From: Terriglobia bacterium
GTDB taxonomy: Bacteria > Acidobacteriota > Terriglobia > 20CM-2-55-15
Direction of reading: 5' to 3'
DNA: 64,000 nt
Assembly: GCA_965198225.1 (NCBI GenBank)
Contig: CBDAOY010000006.1
Location: forward strand, 160,001 to 224,000
Part shown: piece by piece, positions 1 to 8,992 of the stretch
Layout of the letters: the number at the start of each line of letters is the position of its first letter
How positions within the stretch are numbered: the first letter of the stretch is position 1
The notes under the pieces: generated by a model
Seen by the model: only the letters and a program-made list of their open reading frames with translations
Database searches by the model: none
Told to the model about the DNA's origin: nothing
Made by a program: the position numbers and the translations under genes

Positions 1-570
1 TATCCGATTCTGGCTGCCGCCAAAAAGGGTCGGGGCGCCGGTGGTTCGATGGATGGCGACAACGAGCGGTTCAATGCGATGGCTGCGGCGATGACCGCGG
101 CTCTCGACGTCGGCATGGAGGCCACGGTCCCGACTGGGAGCGCGCCGGGCGCCGTACCGACGGATAACAGTGCACTGCACGACTACCTTCGGGCAGGCTC
201 GTACAGACAGATGTCGCACATGGAATCGAGCTGGCACCCGTCGGCCGGCCCGCATGCCAAGTACGGTCGACCTGTGCGTGTCTTCCTGAACGAGACCCTG
301 GCCGTGTCCCTGGAGGCGGGCAACGATGAGCATCCCGTCGGCTCCGAGGCCGTCAAGGAAATGTATCTTCCGGACGGCAACCTCGAGGGGTGGGCCGTCA
401 TGGTCAAGACTCAAGATGACAGCGACGGCGGCCAGGGGTGGTTCTGGTACGAAGCGACCAGCACGGAGCCAGGCGCCGATCCCTTCATGTCGGGTAACGG
501 CATTCCTTTGTGTTTCGGATGCCACTCTTCCGGCAACGACTATGTGTTGACCGGTTGGCCGCTGCAGTAG
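1..570 (+). CDS. Cytochrome P460-family domain protein (5' end runs off the window)
   Basis: Frame open from base 1; VKE, AVMVK and GWFWYE motifs; C-terminal CFGCH followed by DYV. Confidence 0.7.
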   Translation, partial: YPILAAAKKGRGAGGSMDGDNERFNAMAAAMTAALDVGMEATVPTGSAPGAVPTDNSALHDYLRAGSYRQMSHMESSWHPSAGPHAKYGRPVRVFLNETLAVSLEAGNDEHPVGSEAVKEMYLPDGNLEGWAVMVKTQDDSDGGQGWFWYEATSTEPGADPFMSGNGIPLCFGCHSSGNDYVLTGWPLQ

Positions 571-675
571 GCGTGCCGCAGGTCGGTGGGCGTGATCACG
601 CCCAGCCCGATTGCGGGAGGCTGAACCAACGCAGGCTCCGGGAGTAGAAACGCGCTTGCAGGAATTCTTAGAGAA

Positions 676-2055
676 ATGATGCCGTTCAGAAAGCTGACGC
701 ACTATGAAGTCCTCGCGTCCCTGGGCAAGGGGGGCATGGGGGAGGTGTGGAAGGCGAGGGACACGAGGCTCGGACGGGACGTGGCTATCAAGACGATACC
801 GGACGAATTGAAGGATGACGAAGCGTCGATGATCCGGTTCGAGCGCGAAGCACGGCTGCTGGCCTCGCTGAATCATCCCAACATCTGTGTCATCTACGAC
901 ATCGTCGACTACGAAGGCCAACCCTTCATCGTCATGGAAATGCTGAACGGTCGCACTTTGAGGGAGAAATTGTCTGCGGGTTCGTTGAGGACGGACCAGG
1001 TACTGCGGTTGGGAATTCAACTGGCGGATGCTCTGGAGGCCGCACACGCGGAAGGAGTCGTCCATCGCGATATCAAACCGGAAAACGTTTTCGTCACCGA
1101 TAGGGGTAAGGCAAAGCTTCTGGATTTCGGATTGGCGAAGTCCATCGCGACGAAGACCGCGAAGGCTCAGCTGGAGACCCTTTCGGAGGCCGGTGAAGGC
1201 CTGACAGTGGGCGGAAACGTAGTGGGGACCCTGTCCTACATGAGCCCCGAGCAGATTAGCGGCCGGACCGTCGACGCCCGGACCGACCTCTTTGCGCTGG
1301 GGGCCGTTTTATATGAGATGACCACAGGGAAACGGGCTTTTACGGGCGCTACCGCTCCGCTCGTCTACGACGCGATCCTCAACAGGGAGCCGCAAGCGCC
1401 GCAAGAACACAATCCCGATGCCCATCCCGAGCTGGAGCTGATCATCGCGAGAGCGCTGGAGAAAGATCCGGAGCTGCGATACCAGCGGGCGTCGGAGCTG
1501 AGGTCGGACCTTGAAACGCTGCAAACCGAGACCGCACCGCATCCTCGACGGAAAGACAAGAGTCGGCATGAGCTCGTCCTTGGCGCGTTGCTGGCGTTGA
1601 TCGCGTTGGTCTACGTGATGTTCAACCTTCTCGGCTCTGTGTCCGAGGCACCACGGTTTTCGGAACTCAGCGCGACCTTCACTCAGTTGACTTCCCTGCC
1701 GGGCGAAGAATTGCATCCAAGTCTCTCCCCTGACGGCCGATCGCTGGTCTACTCCGGTATAGCTTCAGGTAACGTCGACATCTATTCGCGCCGGGTCGAC
1801 GGCGAGAACGTAATCAATCTGACTGAGGATTCAAAGGACTATGATTCCCAGCCGCGTTTTTCGCCTGATGGTGAATTCATCGCGTTTCAATCCGGGGGAA
1901 TCTTTGTGATGGGCGCAACCGGTGAATCGGTGAGGCGAATCACCCATTTTGGCTTCAATCCTGTGTGGTCGCCCGATGGAAACGAGATTCTTTTTGCTGC
2001 CGAGTTGATCGAGTCGCGACGGCGGGGGAATCTTTGTGATGGGCGCAACCGGTGA
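676..2055 (+). CDS. Ser/Thr protein kinase (Hanks type) + TM + start of TolB/PD40 repeats; N-terminal part of a gene broken by a tandem duplication
   Basis: GKGGMGEV, VAIK, HRDIKPEN, DFGLAK, YMSPEQ motifs; hydrophobic TM; SPDG repeats. Confidence 0.9.
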   Translation: MMPFRKLTHYEVLASLGKGGMGEVWKARDTRLGRDVAIKTIPDELKDDEASMIRFEREARLLASLNHPNICVIYDIVDYEGQPFIVMEMLNGRTLREKLSAGSLRTDQVLRLGIQLADALEAAHAEGVVHRDIKPENVFVTDRGKAKLLDFGLAKSIATKTAKAQLETLSEAGEGLTVGGNVVGTLSYMSPEQISGRTVDARTDLFALGAVLYEMTTGKRAFTGATAPLVYDAILNREPQAPQEHNPDAHPELELIIARALEKDPELRYQRASELRSDLETLQTETAPHPRRKDKSRHELVLGALLALIALVYVMFNLLGSVSEAPRFSELSATFTQLTSLPGEELHPSLSPDGRSLVYSGIASGNVDIYSRRVDGENVINLTEDSKDYDSQPRFSPDGEFIAFQSGGIFVMGATGESVRRITHFGFNPVWSPDGNEILFAAELIESRRRGNLCDGRNR

Positions 2056-2142
2056 ATCGGTGAGGCGAATCACCCATTTTGGCTTCAATCCTGTGTGGTC
2101 GCCCGATGGAAACGAGATTCTTTTTGCTGCCGAGTTGATCGA
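1893..2142. repeat. Direct duplication of about 120 bp (offset 130 bp) inside the kinase gene
   Basis: cgggggaatctttgtgatggg...gagttgatcga occurs at 1893-2012 and 2023-2142. Confidence 0.9.
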
Positions 2143-3427
2143 TACCGATCCGAGAAAAAGACCAGGTGACAGTGAACTGTGGACGGTCGGATTTCCTTCG
2201 GGAGAGCCCAAAAAAGTTTTCGAAGGGGATGCAGTGCAACCACACTGGTCCCCTAGCGGCTCGCGCATCGCTTACTGGGCCATCAGCGGCGGCCAGCGTG
2301 ATATCTGGACCATTACCTCAAGCGGCCGTGAGCCGGTTGCAGTGACGAATGATACTGCGGTGGACTGGAATCCGGTTTGGTCGCCGGATGGGAAATATCT
2401 CTATTTTTCGAGTGACCGCCGCGGCAGCATGAATCTGTGGCGGGTGCGGATCGACGAGGAAACTGGCCGGACCCTCGACGAGCCGGAGCCCGTGACGACG
2501 GGAGCGTCGGGCGACGCCATGTATTTGACCTTGGCTGCGGATGGGAAACGACTTGCCTATGGGATTCGGGACACCAGAGCAAACGTCATGAAGGTGGAGT
2601 TCAATCCCTCGACGAGAACCGTTGTCGGGGAACCTGTTCCTGTTACCGAAGGATCGCGCTCGGTCGGTGCCGTCGAAGTATCGCCAGACGGGAAGGCGTT
2701 GACTTTCCACAGGGTCGGTGTTCAGGAGGACCTTTTCACCAGCCGCTCGGATGGAACGGGCACCCGTCGGCTAACGAACGATCGTTACTTTGATCGATAC
2801 GCCAGGTGGTCCCCCGACGGCAGTAAGATCAGCTTCTTTTCCAACCGTAGCGGCAGCTACCAACTCTGGACGATAAACCCGGATGGTAGCGGGATCCATC
2901 AGTTGACCAGGGAACCGTCGGAGCCGGTTCACACCGTATGGTCGCCAGACGGCTCGCGGATTGCCTACACCGACTTCCTGACCGGCTCCTTCATCATGAG
3001 TGCTGGGACGGCCTGGGAGGACCAGTCTGTTGCAGTATTGCCGCGGCTTACGGATGGTAACGAGATCTTTGCGGCGTTTTCCTGGTCTCCCGACGGAAAC
3101 TGGCTGGCCGGTTTCGGCTACGACGAGACACGGACTCCGGATGAAACGGGGATTTACGTGTATTCGTTAGAGTCTGAGCAGTACGAAAAGCTGACGGAGT
3201 CGGGCAGCTATCCCCGATGGCTCAGTGATAGTCGGACGCTGGTTTACGCCGACCGCGGCACTATTTATGTTGTGGATCGAGCATCTAAAGAAACTCAGGA
3301 GGTTCTGTCGTCTGGTCCCGAAAGTATGTCGTTTTTGCCGGCGCCTTCCCCCGACAACCGCACGCTGTACTATGTCTCCCGACCTCAACCGGAAGCCGAC
3401 GTCTGGCTGATCAGCCTGCCCGACTAG
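2036..3427 (+). CDS. TolB-like/PD40 beta-propeller; C-terminal part of the upstream kinase gene
   Basis: Many WSPDG repeats; continues from the second copy of the duplication. Confidence 0.85.
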   Translation: MMGATGESVRRITHFGFNPVWSPDGNEILFAAELIDTDPRKRPGDSELWTVGFPSGEPKKVFEGDAVQPHWSPSGSRIAYWAISGGQRDIWTITSSGREPVAVTNDTAVDWNPVWSPDGKYLYFSSDRRGSMNLWRVRIDEETGRTLDEPEPVTTGASGDAMYLTLAADGKRLAYGIRDTRANVMKVEFNPSTRTVVGEPVPVTEGSRSVGAVEVSPDGKALTFHRVGVQEDLFTSRSDGTGTRRLTNDRYFDRYARWSPDGSKISFFSNRSGSYQLWTINPDGSGIHQLTREPSEPVHTVWSPDGSRIAYTDFLTGSFIMSAGTAWEDQSVAVLPRLTDGNEIFAAFSWSPDGNWLAGFGYDETRTPDETGIYVYSLESEQYEKLTESGSYPRWLSDSRTLVYADRGTIYVVDRASKETQEVLSSGPESMSFLPAPSPDNRTLYYVSRPQPEADVWLISLPD

Positions 3428-3565
3428 CTCTCGAACGACTGGATAGCTTCGGAATTCGAGACCCTGGAATACACCGCCGGGGTCCCCGCCACCTATCTCG
3501 TCACGGTCTACGGCTTCTGTCTCCTCGTCCTCTGTGCGGGGGCTGCCATCCCTTACACACGCACC

Positions 3566-4135
3566 CTACCGGGGAAGGTGCCTTTCGGGGATAGGATTGC
3601 CGGCGCGTTCGGTGTCCCAGACAATACTGACCATCCACCAGCGGATCCCATCAAACATGAGCTGCGTGCTGTTCACTCCGCGCTGAAAAGGCGCGGGGTC
3701 CGTCTCGGCTCTGAGGCTTTCGTAGGTACTCATCACGCTGACGACATTCCCGAATCGCTCCGTCTGGCGCGCTATTTCCCTTTCGAAGAACCCGCTCTGT
3801 CTTGGTTGACCAAACACCGCTTGCACGAACTGATCGACGTCCCGGACATTCATGACGTAGGTGCCGTCGGGCCTGGGCTGCGTCGGGATGAACCGGGCGC
3901 CGGGCGCAAACAGGTTTCGAAAACGGTCGGCATCAAGGACAGCGCCCGCGGGGCCCGAAATCGAAGCGTATGTCGCAGCAATGACAGCGTCGATGGAGAC
4001 GACGTCATCTGCGTATTCCATCGAGCCTTTCTGTGAAGGAACCTCCTGGGCCAGCGCAGAGCCCGGGATCACAACGGCGGTGAGAGCCAGCAGCAGCACG
4101 AAAGCCCGGCAGCAAGGGAAGTGGAAGTTTTTCAT
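3566..4135 (-). CDS. Secreted hypothetical protein, probable NTF2/SnoaL-like fold
   Basis: Signal peptide (ALA-Q); YASISGPAG, FFERE, STYES, RGVNS, RWW motifs. Confidence 0.65.
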   Translation of the reverse strand: MKNFHFPCCRAFVLLLALTAVVIPGSALAQEVPSQKGSMEYADDVVSIDAVIAATYASISGPAGAVLDADRFRNLFAPGARFIPTQPRPDGTYVMNVRDVDQFVQAVFGQPRQSGFFEREIARQTERFGNVVSVMSTYESLRAETDPAPFQRGVNSTQLMFDGIRWWMVSIVWDTERAGNPIPERHLPR

Positions 4136-4199
4136 ACTTGGTACCCGGGTTTGAGGTTGGAGAAATCTCCTGACTGACCAGGGTTGGGGTTCGAACCCT

Positions 4200-4380
4200 T
4201 CAGAGTGTGCGTTCGACCAGCATCACGGTCACGTCGTCAATTTGAGGCTGGCCCTGCACAAAATTCTCGTAGGCTTCGCCAAGGGCATACTCCATTTGCG
4301 TCGCACCGTTGCGGGCTTCCTTCTCTATTACTTCGACGAGCCTCTCTTTACCAAACATCTCCGCGTCCGGCTTCGCCGAA
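4200..4380 (-). pseudogene. C-terminal fragment of a SpoIIE/PP2C-type phosphatase
   Basis: EMFGKERL ... QIDDVTVMLV motifs without the N-terminal part. Confidence 0.6.
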
Positions 4381-6198
4381 GACCTCCAGGCGGTTGCCCT
4401 CACGGTCGAATTGGGCCAGTTGACCAATGCCCCAGTTGATCCCGTTGCGGTACACGATGGCTCCTGTCGCAGAAGCGGAAAACGATGCCCGGCCTGTAGC
4501 GGGATTCAGCCACACGTCCTGCGCTGCCGGAAACGGCTCCCCGACGACAGACAGGGCTTTCGGGTCAAAGGCTTGTGCCATCAGCCGTCCAGCCCGGACG
4601 AAAAGAACATGTCCGGGGGTCAACGCAATGTTGGATTGGGCCCTCAGCACCTCTCCAGCAATGTCGCCGCCGAGGGAGCCTGCCCGAATCATCCGGTTTT
4701 CGGGCTCATCGCTCCACGCGAGGTACAGGAAATGCCGGCCGTCGGGCAGGAACTGTGGCCAGAGGTGCGCGGTTTCGGTCCGAGACGAATCCAGCGAGGT
4801 GATCGGAACCGGCTCTCCGCCGATCGCCGCGACCCTGAAAAGCGGCGCCCGAAGGTTGGGGGCGAACACGATGGCGCCGTCCCGATTCCATGTAGCGCCG
4901 CGGCCGTCCGGGACATCGCAGATGATGGACGGCGGCCCGCCCGAGAGTGGAATTCGCTGCATCGTTCCCTTGGTGAAGAAGCCCACGTATTCGCTGTCGG
5001 GCGACCAGAAAGGAGAGAAGGCGTCTTCGGTCCCACCCAACGCGATCGCGCTGAAGGAATCCAGCGAGTGAACCCACAAGGACTTACTACCATCGTCGCC
5101 GAGCGCGGCGAACACGATCTTGCGCCCGTCCGGCGAGATACTGAGATCGGCCGGGGCGGGGCTGATCATCGTTCCAGCGGGAGCGCCGACGAAGAAGCGC
5201 GTCGTGTAGGAATCGGACTCCGGCCGGGGAAAGTATGCCCACGCGACCAGACCAAGAACGGCTGCCACCGCCGCGGCCGCCGCAACCCACGGAATCTGCC
5301 GCGTCGCTTTCGGTTCGCTTTCAGGTTTGCGGCCGGACTGCCGTCCCTGGGAGACCCAGTTCAGCTCACCGCACAGATCCTGCGCGGTTTGCCAGCGATC
5401 CTCGGGATCCTTGTTGAGGGACTTGTGGATGATGTGCTCGAACTCGGCCGAAACGTCTGAGTGTTCCGATACCGGAGGCGGGTCGAGATGCAGAAGCGCG
5501 CCGATGAGGCTCGCCTGGCTCTTCCCTTCGAAAGCCTTCCTTCCCGCGGTAGCCTCGTACATGACCAGGCCGAGAGAGAAGATGTCGCTTCGGGCGTCCG
5601 CTTCTCTCCCTTCCAGTTGTTCCGGCGACATGTACTGGAGCGTGCCCACGACCGTCCCGGCGTTGGTCAACTGCGAGTCCGTCGGGAATTCCGACGGAGG
5701 GGTCTGGGTGAATACGGAATCAGTCTTCAACTTCGCCAGCCCGAAGTCGAGCAGCTTCACGCCCGATTGTGTCAGCATGATGTTCGCCGGCTTCAAGTCC
5801 CGGTGCACAACTCCCTTTCGGTGTGCCTTGTCGAGGGCGTCGGCGATCTGGATCGAATACTGGAGCAGCTCCTTGATGGGGAGCTTTCCGTCTCCCAATC
5901 GGTTTGCGAGGGTCCTGCCTTCGACGTATTCCATGACCAGGTAATGAATGCCATCCTGTTCGCCCACGTCGTGGAGCATGCAGATGTGAGGATGATTCAG
6001 ACTGGACACCGCCCTGGCTTCTCGCTGGAAACGCTGATGGAGATCCACTCGTTCTGCCAGATGTTCAGGAAGGACTTTGATGGCAACGGTGCGGTCCAGA
6101 CGCGTGTCGGTCGCTCGATACACCTCTCCCATACCGCCGGCGCCGAGTTGCTCGGCAATTTCGTATGGACCCAGGCGTTTGCCAGCTGCGAGCGCCAC
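4348..6198 (-). CDS. Ser/Thr protein kinase + TM + TolB-like repeats, C-terminally truncated
   Basis: GTG start after GAGGAGG; GAGGMGEV, HRDLKPAN, DFGLAK; SPDG repeats end abruptly at the PP2C fragment. Confidence 0.85.
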   Translation of the reverse strand: MALAAGKRLGPYEIAEQLGAGGMGEVYRATDTRLDRTVAIKVLPEHLAERVDLHQRFQREARAVSSLNHPHICMLHDVGEQDGIHYLVMEYVEGRTLANRLGDGKLPIKELLQYSIQIADALDKAHRKGVVHRDLKPANIMLTQSGVKLLDFGLAKLKTDSVFTQTPPSEFPTDSQLTNAGTVVGTLQYMSPEQLEGREADARSDIFSLGLVMYEATAGRKAFEGKSQASLIGALLHLDPPPVSEHSDVSAEFEHIIHKSLNKDPEDRWQTAQDLCGELNWVSQGRQSGRKPESEPKATRQIPWVAAAAAVAAVLGLVAWAYFPRPESDSYTTRFFVGAPAGTMISPAPADLSISPDGRKIVFAALGDDGSKSLWVHSLDSFSAIALGGTEDAFSPFWSPDSEYVGFFTKGTMQRIPLSGGPPSIICDVPDGRGATWNRDGAIVFAPNLRAPLFRVAAIGGEPVPITSLDSSRTETAHLWPQFLPDGRHFLYLAWSDEPENRMIRAGSLGGDIAGEVLRAQSNIALTPGHVLFVRAGRLMAQAFDPKALSVVGEPFPAAQDVWLNPATGRASFSASATGAIVYRNGINWGIGQLAQFDREGNRLEVFGEAGRGDVW

Positions 6199-6483
6199 CG
6201 ACTGCCTCCTCAACGTGTACCGCCACAGACCGCACTGACGCTTGATCCGCGTCAATACGCGTAACAGGCGTTCCTTTGCCAGGTTCCGGCCACTAGAATC
6301 CGTAAATAGTACGGGAGGAAGGGGTTCGGGTCAAATGCCCGCTGTGGGCCCGGCGCATGCTATTGCCGCGTCGAGGCTCTAAGCCCCCGGACCTCGATTT
6401 GATCTCATCATTTTACGGGTCTGGCCGATTCCAATGAACAAACACGGGCACGCGGTCGCAGGACGAAACGGGTCGGGGGTTCA

Positions 6484-6650
6484 CTAGTGGCCTGTAACAG
6501 TGCTATCGGTACCAGCGTTCGGCGGAACGGCGTCGGATTCTAGGAGTGACGCCCGAGCCAATGCTGTTTCATTGCGAGGGTGTTACGACACCGAAGACGG
6601 CGCCGTTCCGACGAACCCTTCGGGCCGATAGCACTGTTACAGGCCACTAT
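6484..6650. mobile_element. 167-bp MITE-like element, copy 1
   Basis: Terminal inverted repeats ctagtggcctgtaacagtgctatcgg / ccgatagcactgttacaggccacta; near-identical copy at 30345-30511. Confidence 0.8.
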
Positions 6651-6708
6651 CAGGTAAGTTCGCGCCGGGGCGAACTGGCGTGGCGAGGAACGGATAGACA
6701 CCGCTATA

Positions 6709-8058
6709 ATGCGCGCTGAGCAGGTAACCGAACATGGGGTAACCAGGTCCAGAACTGCGATTCTGTTGTCCGCTGTGGCGCTCATCGCCATAGGTCTGTC
6801 CGTGTCACTGTTCGACGACCCGGGACAGGACTCGGAGTCCGAGTGGGAGGCTATTTCGGGCCGTTTGCTGGACCGGAGCTTCGAGGGCCCGCTGGCGAAC
6901 CCGTTACCATCGACAGACAATCCGAGAAGAACCTCTACCTACATCGGCATCCTGATTGCCGGGCTTCTGTCGATCCTGTATGCCTACCGCCGCCGGAGGT
7001 ATATCGCGGAATGGATCGGTGCGTGGCTGCTCGTCGCGCTGGTGGGCTACATCATTTCCCGGGGCTATGCGAACGCCGACGAGGCGGGGCTGGCGATGGG
7101 GGTGCTCGAGATTCTAAAGGTGGGGGCGGCGCTCCTGCTCCTTCGCAGCGCGCACAGCTTCGGGGGAACGACCGCGTACTCGAACAAGGATTGGGTACTC
7201 ATTCCTGGCCTCCTGGTGTGGCTTGCCGTCAGCGACGACCGCTTGAGCGTCCCCATGGTTCTGGCGCCCGCGTACATTTTGACAGGCTTGATCCACACCC
7301 GGGCCGCGACCCTGTTCGCGTCGGTTTTCCGACAACGCAGGCTGCTCGGAGCCCTGATGCTGGCTCTCAGCCTGGGCGCGATCGGTGTCGCGAACCTGGC
7401 GTTCGGCACCTTTTTCGAACGCACCCTCACTTCTGACCAGGCGCTCCTTGTTTTTCTCACGGTGAACTCTCTGAGCTTCCTCCTTGCGGCGTTCGGGATG
7501 CATCTGGCTGTCTTCGAAGAAATAGTTCACGAACTGCGGGGGGCCAACCGCGAACTGCGAGAGGCGCAGGGAGAGCTGGAACGCATGGCGACGGTGGACG
7601 CACTGACCGGGTGCAACAATCGCCACTCCCTGGAGCAGAACCTCGACCGGGAACTGGAGCGTCACCGCCGCTACGACACGCCGCTGTCGCTTCTATTTGT
7701 CGATATCGATCGATTCAAGAACATCAACGATTCATTCGGCCACGCCGTCGGCGATCAGGTATTGAAATACGTCGGCGACTTCCTCAGGCACCAGATACGC
7801 GAAGCCGACTATGTGGTCCGATGGGGCGGGGACGAGTTCCTCGTCCTGATGACGTGCAGCGGCGAGGAAGCGGCTGCCAAGGCGAGGGAACTGCGGCAGA
7901 GCCTGGCCGGTGCGGTGGATTCGAACCTTCTGCCGCCAGGATTGAGCCTGAGCATCGGTCACGCCGAGATTCCTTCCGACGCCACCGAAATCCTCTCTTT
8001 CATCCAGCTCGCTGATCAGAATATGTACATGAACAAGATCGGCGGCGAGACCATTTAA
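6709..8058 (+). CDS. Membrane-bound diguanylate cyclase (GGDEF)
   Basis: Multiple TM helices, coiled coil, DALTG, DIDRFKNINDSFGH, RWGGDEF. Confidence 0.9.
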   Translation: MRAEQVTEHGVTRSRTAILLSAVALIAIGLSVSLFDDPGQDSESEWEAISGRLLDRSFEGPLANPLPSTDNPRRTSTYIGILIAGLLSILYAYRRRRYIAEWIGAWLLVALVGYIISRGYANADEAGLAMGVLEILKVGAALLLLRSAHSFGGTTAYSNKDWVLIPGLLVWLAVSDDRLSVPMVLAPAYILTGLIHTRAATLFASVFRQRRLLGALMLALSLGAIGVANLAFGTFFERTLTSDQALLVFLTVNSLSFLLAAFGMHLAVFEEIVHELRGANRELREAQGELERMATVDALTGCNNRHSLEQNLDRELERHRRYDTPLSLLFVDIDRFKNINDSFGHAVGDQVLKYVGDFLRHQIREADYVVRWGGDEFLVLMTCSGEEAAAKARELRQSLAGAVDSNLLPPGLSLSIGHAEIPSDATEILSFIQLADQNMYMNKIGGETI

Positions 8059-8165
8059 TTAGCGTCGGGCCCACCGTCCCACTCTCATCGCACGTCCCGA
8101 GCCGACAAACATGGATCTCAACTGCGGATTCAGGGAACGCCTACGCCGGACGGTCCCCCACGCCG

Positions 8166-8239
8166 GTGTAGGTGCGCTCTATGAGCGCACAAAATGGCCC
8201 TGGATTCACGAGTTGTGCGGTCATAGACCGCACCTACAC
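8166..8239. repeat. REP doublet (GTAG-type REP pair in inverted orientation)
   Basis: gtaggtgcgctctatgagcgcac ... gtgcggtcatagaccgcacctac. Confidence 0.8.
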
Positions 8240-8347
8240 GTTTGGGCTCTATGATTCGTTCACGTCTTCCATGAGCTTGGGGTCACCAGGCTTCGAGGAC
8301 CCCACGCTATTCGCACCACGAACTCTGTGGCCACGGACAGACCTCGC

Positions 8348-8656
8348 TCACACTTCGATCTCGATGTCACCCTCGGCGACACGAACGGCGTAGCAGGAAA
8401 CTCCGGCCGCCGCTGGAGGTCCGAGTACTTCGCCGCTCGTAACATCGAAGGTTGCACCGTGCCAGGGACACCTGACTTCCTTGCCGGCAATACTTCCCTC
8501 CGAGAGCGAACCACCTACGTGTGTGCACGTGTCGTCGATCGCATAGCACTGCCCGTCCACGTTAAAGAGAGCGACCTGCTTGCCACCGGCCTCGACCTTC
8601 TTTGCCTGCCCGGCCGGAATCTCGTCCATCCTCGCCACCTTTACAAACGTACCCAT
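8348..8656 (-). CDS. Rieske-type [2Fe-2S] ferredoxin
   Basis: CTH ... CPWH Rieske motifs, 102 aa. Confidence 0.9.
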   Translation of the reverse strand: MGTFVKVARMDEIPAGQAKKVEAGGKQVALFNVDGQCYAIDDTCTHVGGSLSEGSIAGKEVRCPWHGATFDVTSGEVLGPPAAAGVSCYAVRVAEGDIEIEV

Positions 8657-8992
8657 GTCCTCACCAACCTCCCTCTAGCGTATTTTCGTTTCGCGTTCGG
8701 TAACCTCCCCATCCGACGCGAAGACTCAATGTCTCAATACATTGCAGGTTTTCGACCGCAGAGTCCACATTGGAAATTCACTAAATCCAGGTTCACAATT
8801 TTTCGAGAATGAAAATTGTAGGGATCCAAGCGATCGGCAATCTCGAATCTCCAATCTCGGATTTCCAATAATCAGCTCTTCTGCCGCTGCGCCGGGTCGC
8901 TAAGTGAACTTCAAAGCCCTGCCGATAAGAAACTTGGGGAACCGCTGAAAGTCCCGGTCTATTCAGGAACATACAGCGACATCGAGCAGGAC

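Noticed and set aside
6288-6300. ggccactagaat as another MITE end
   Set aside because: Too short and has no partner end.
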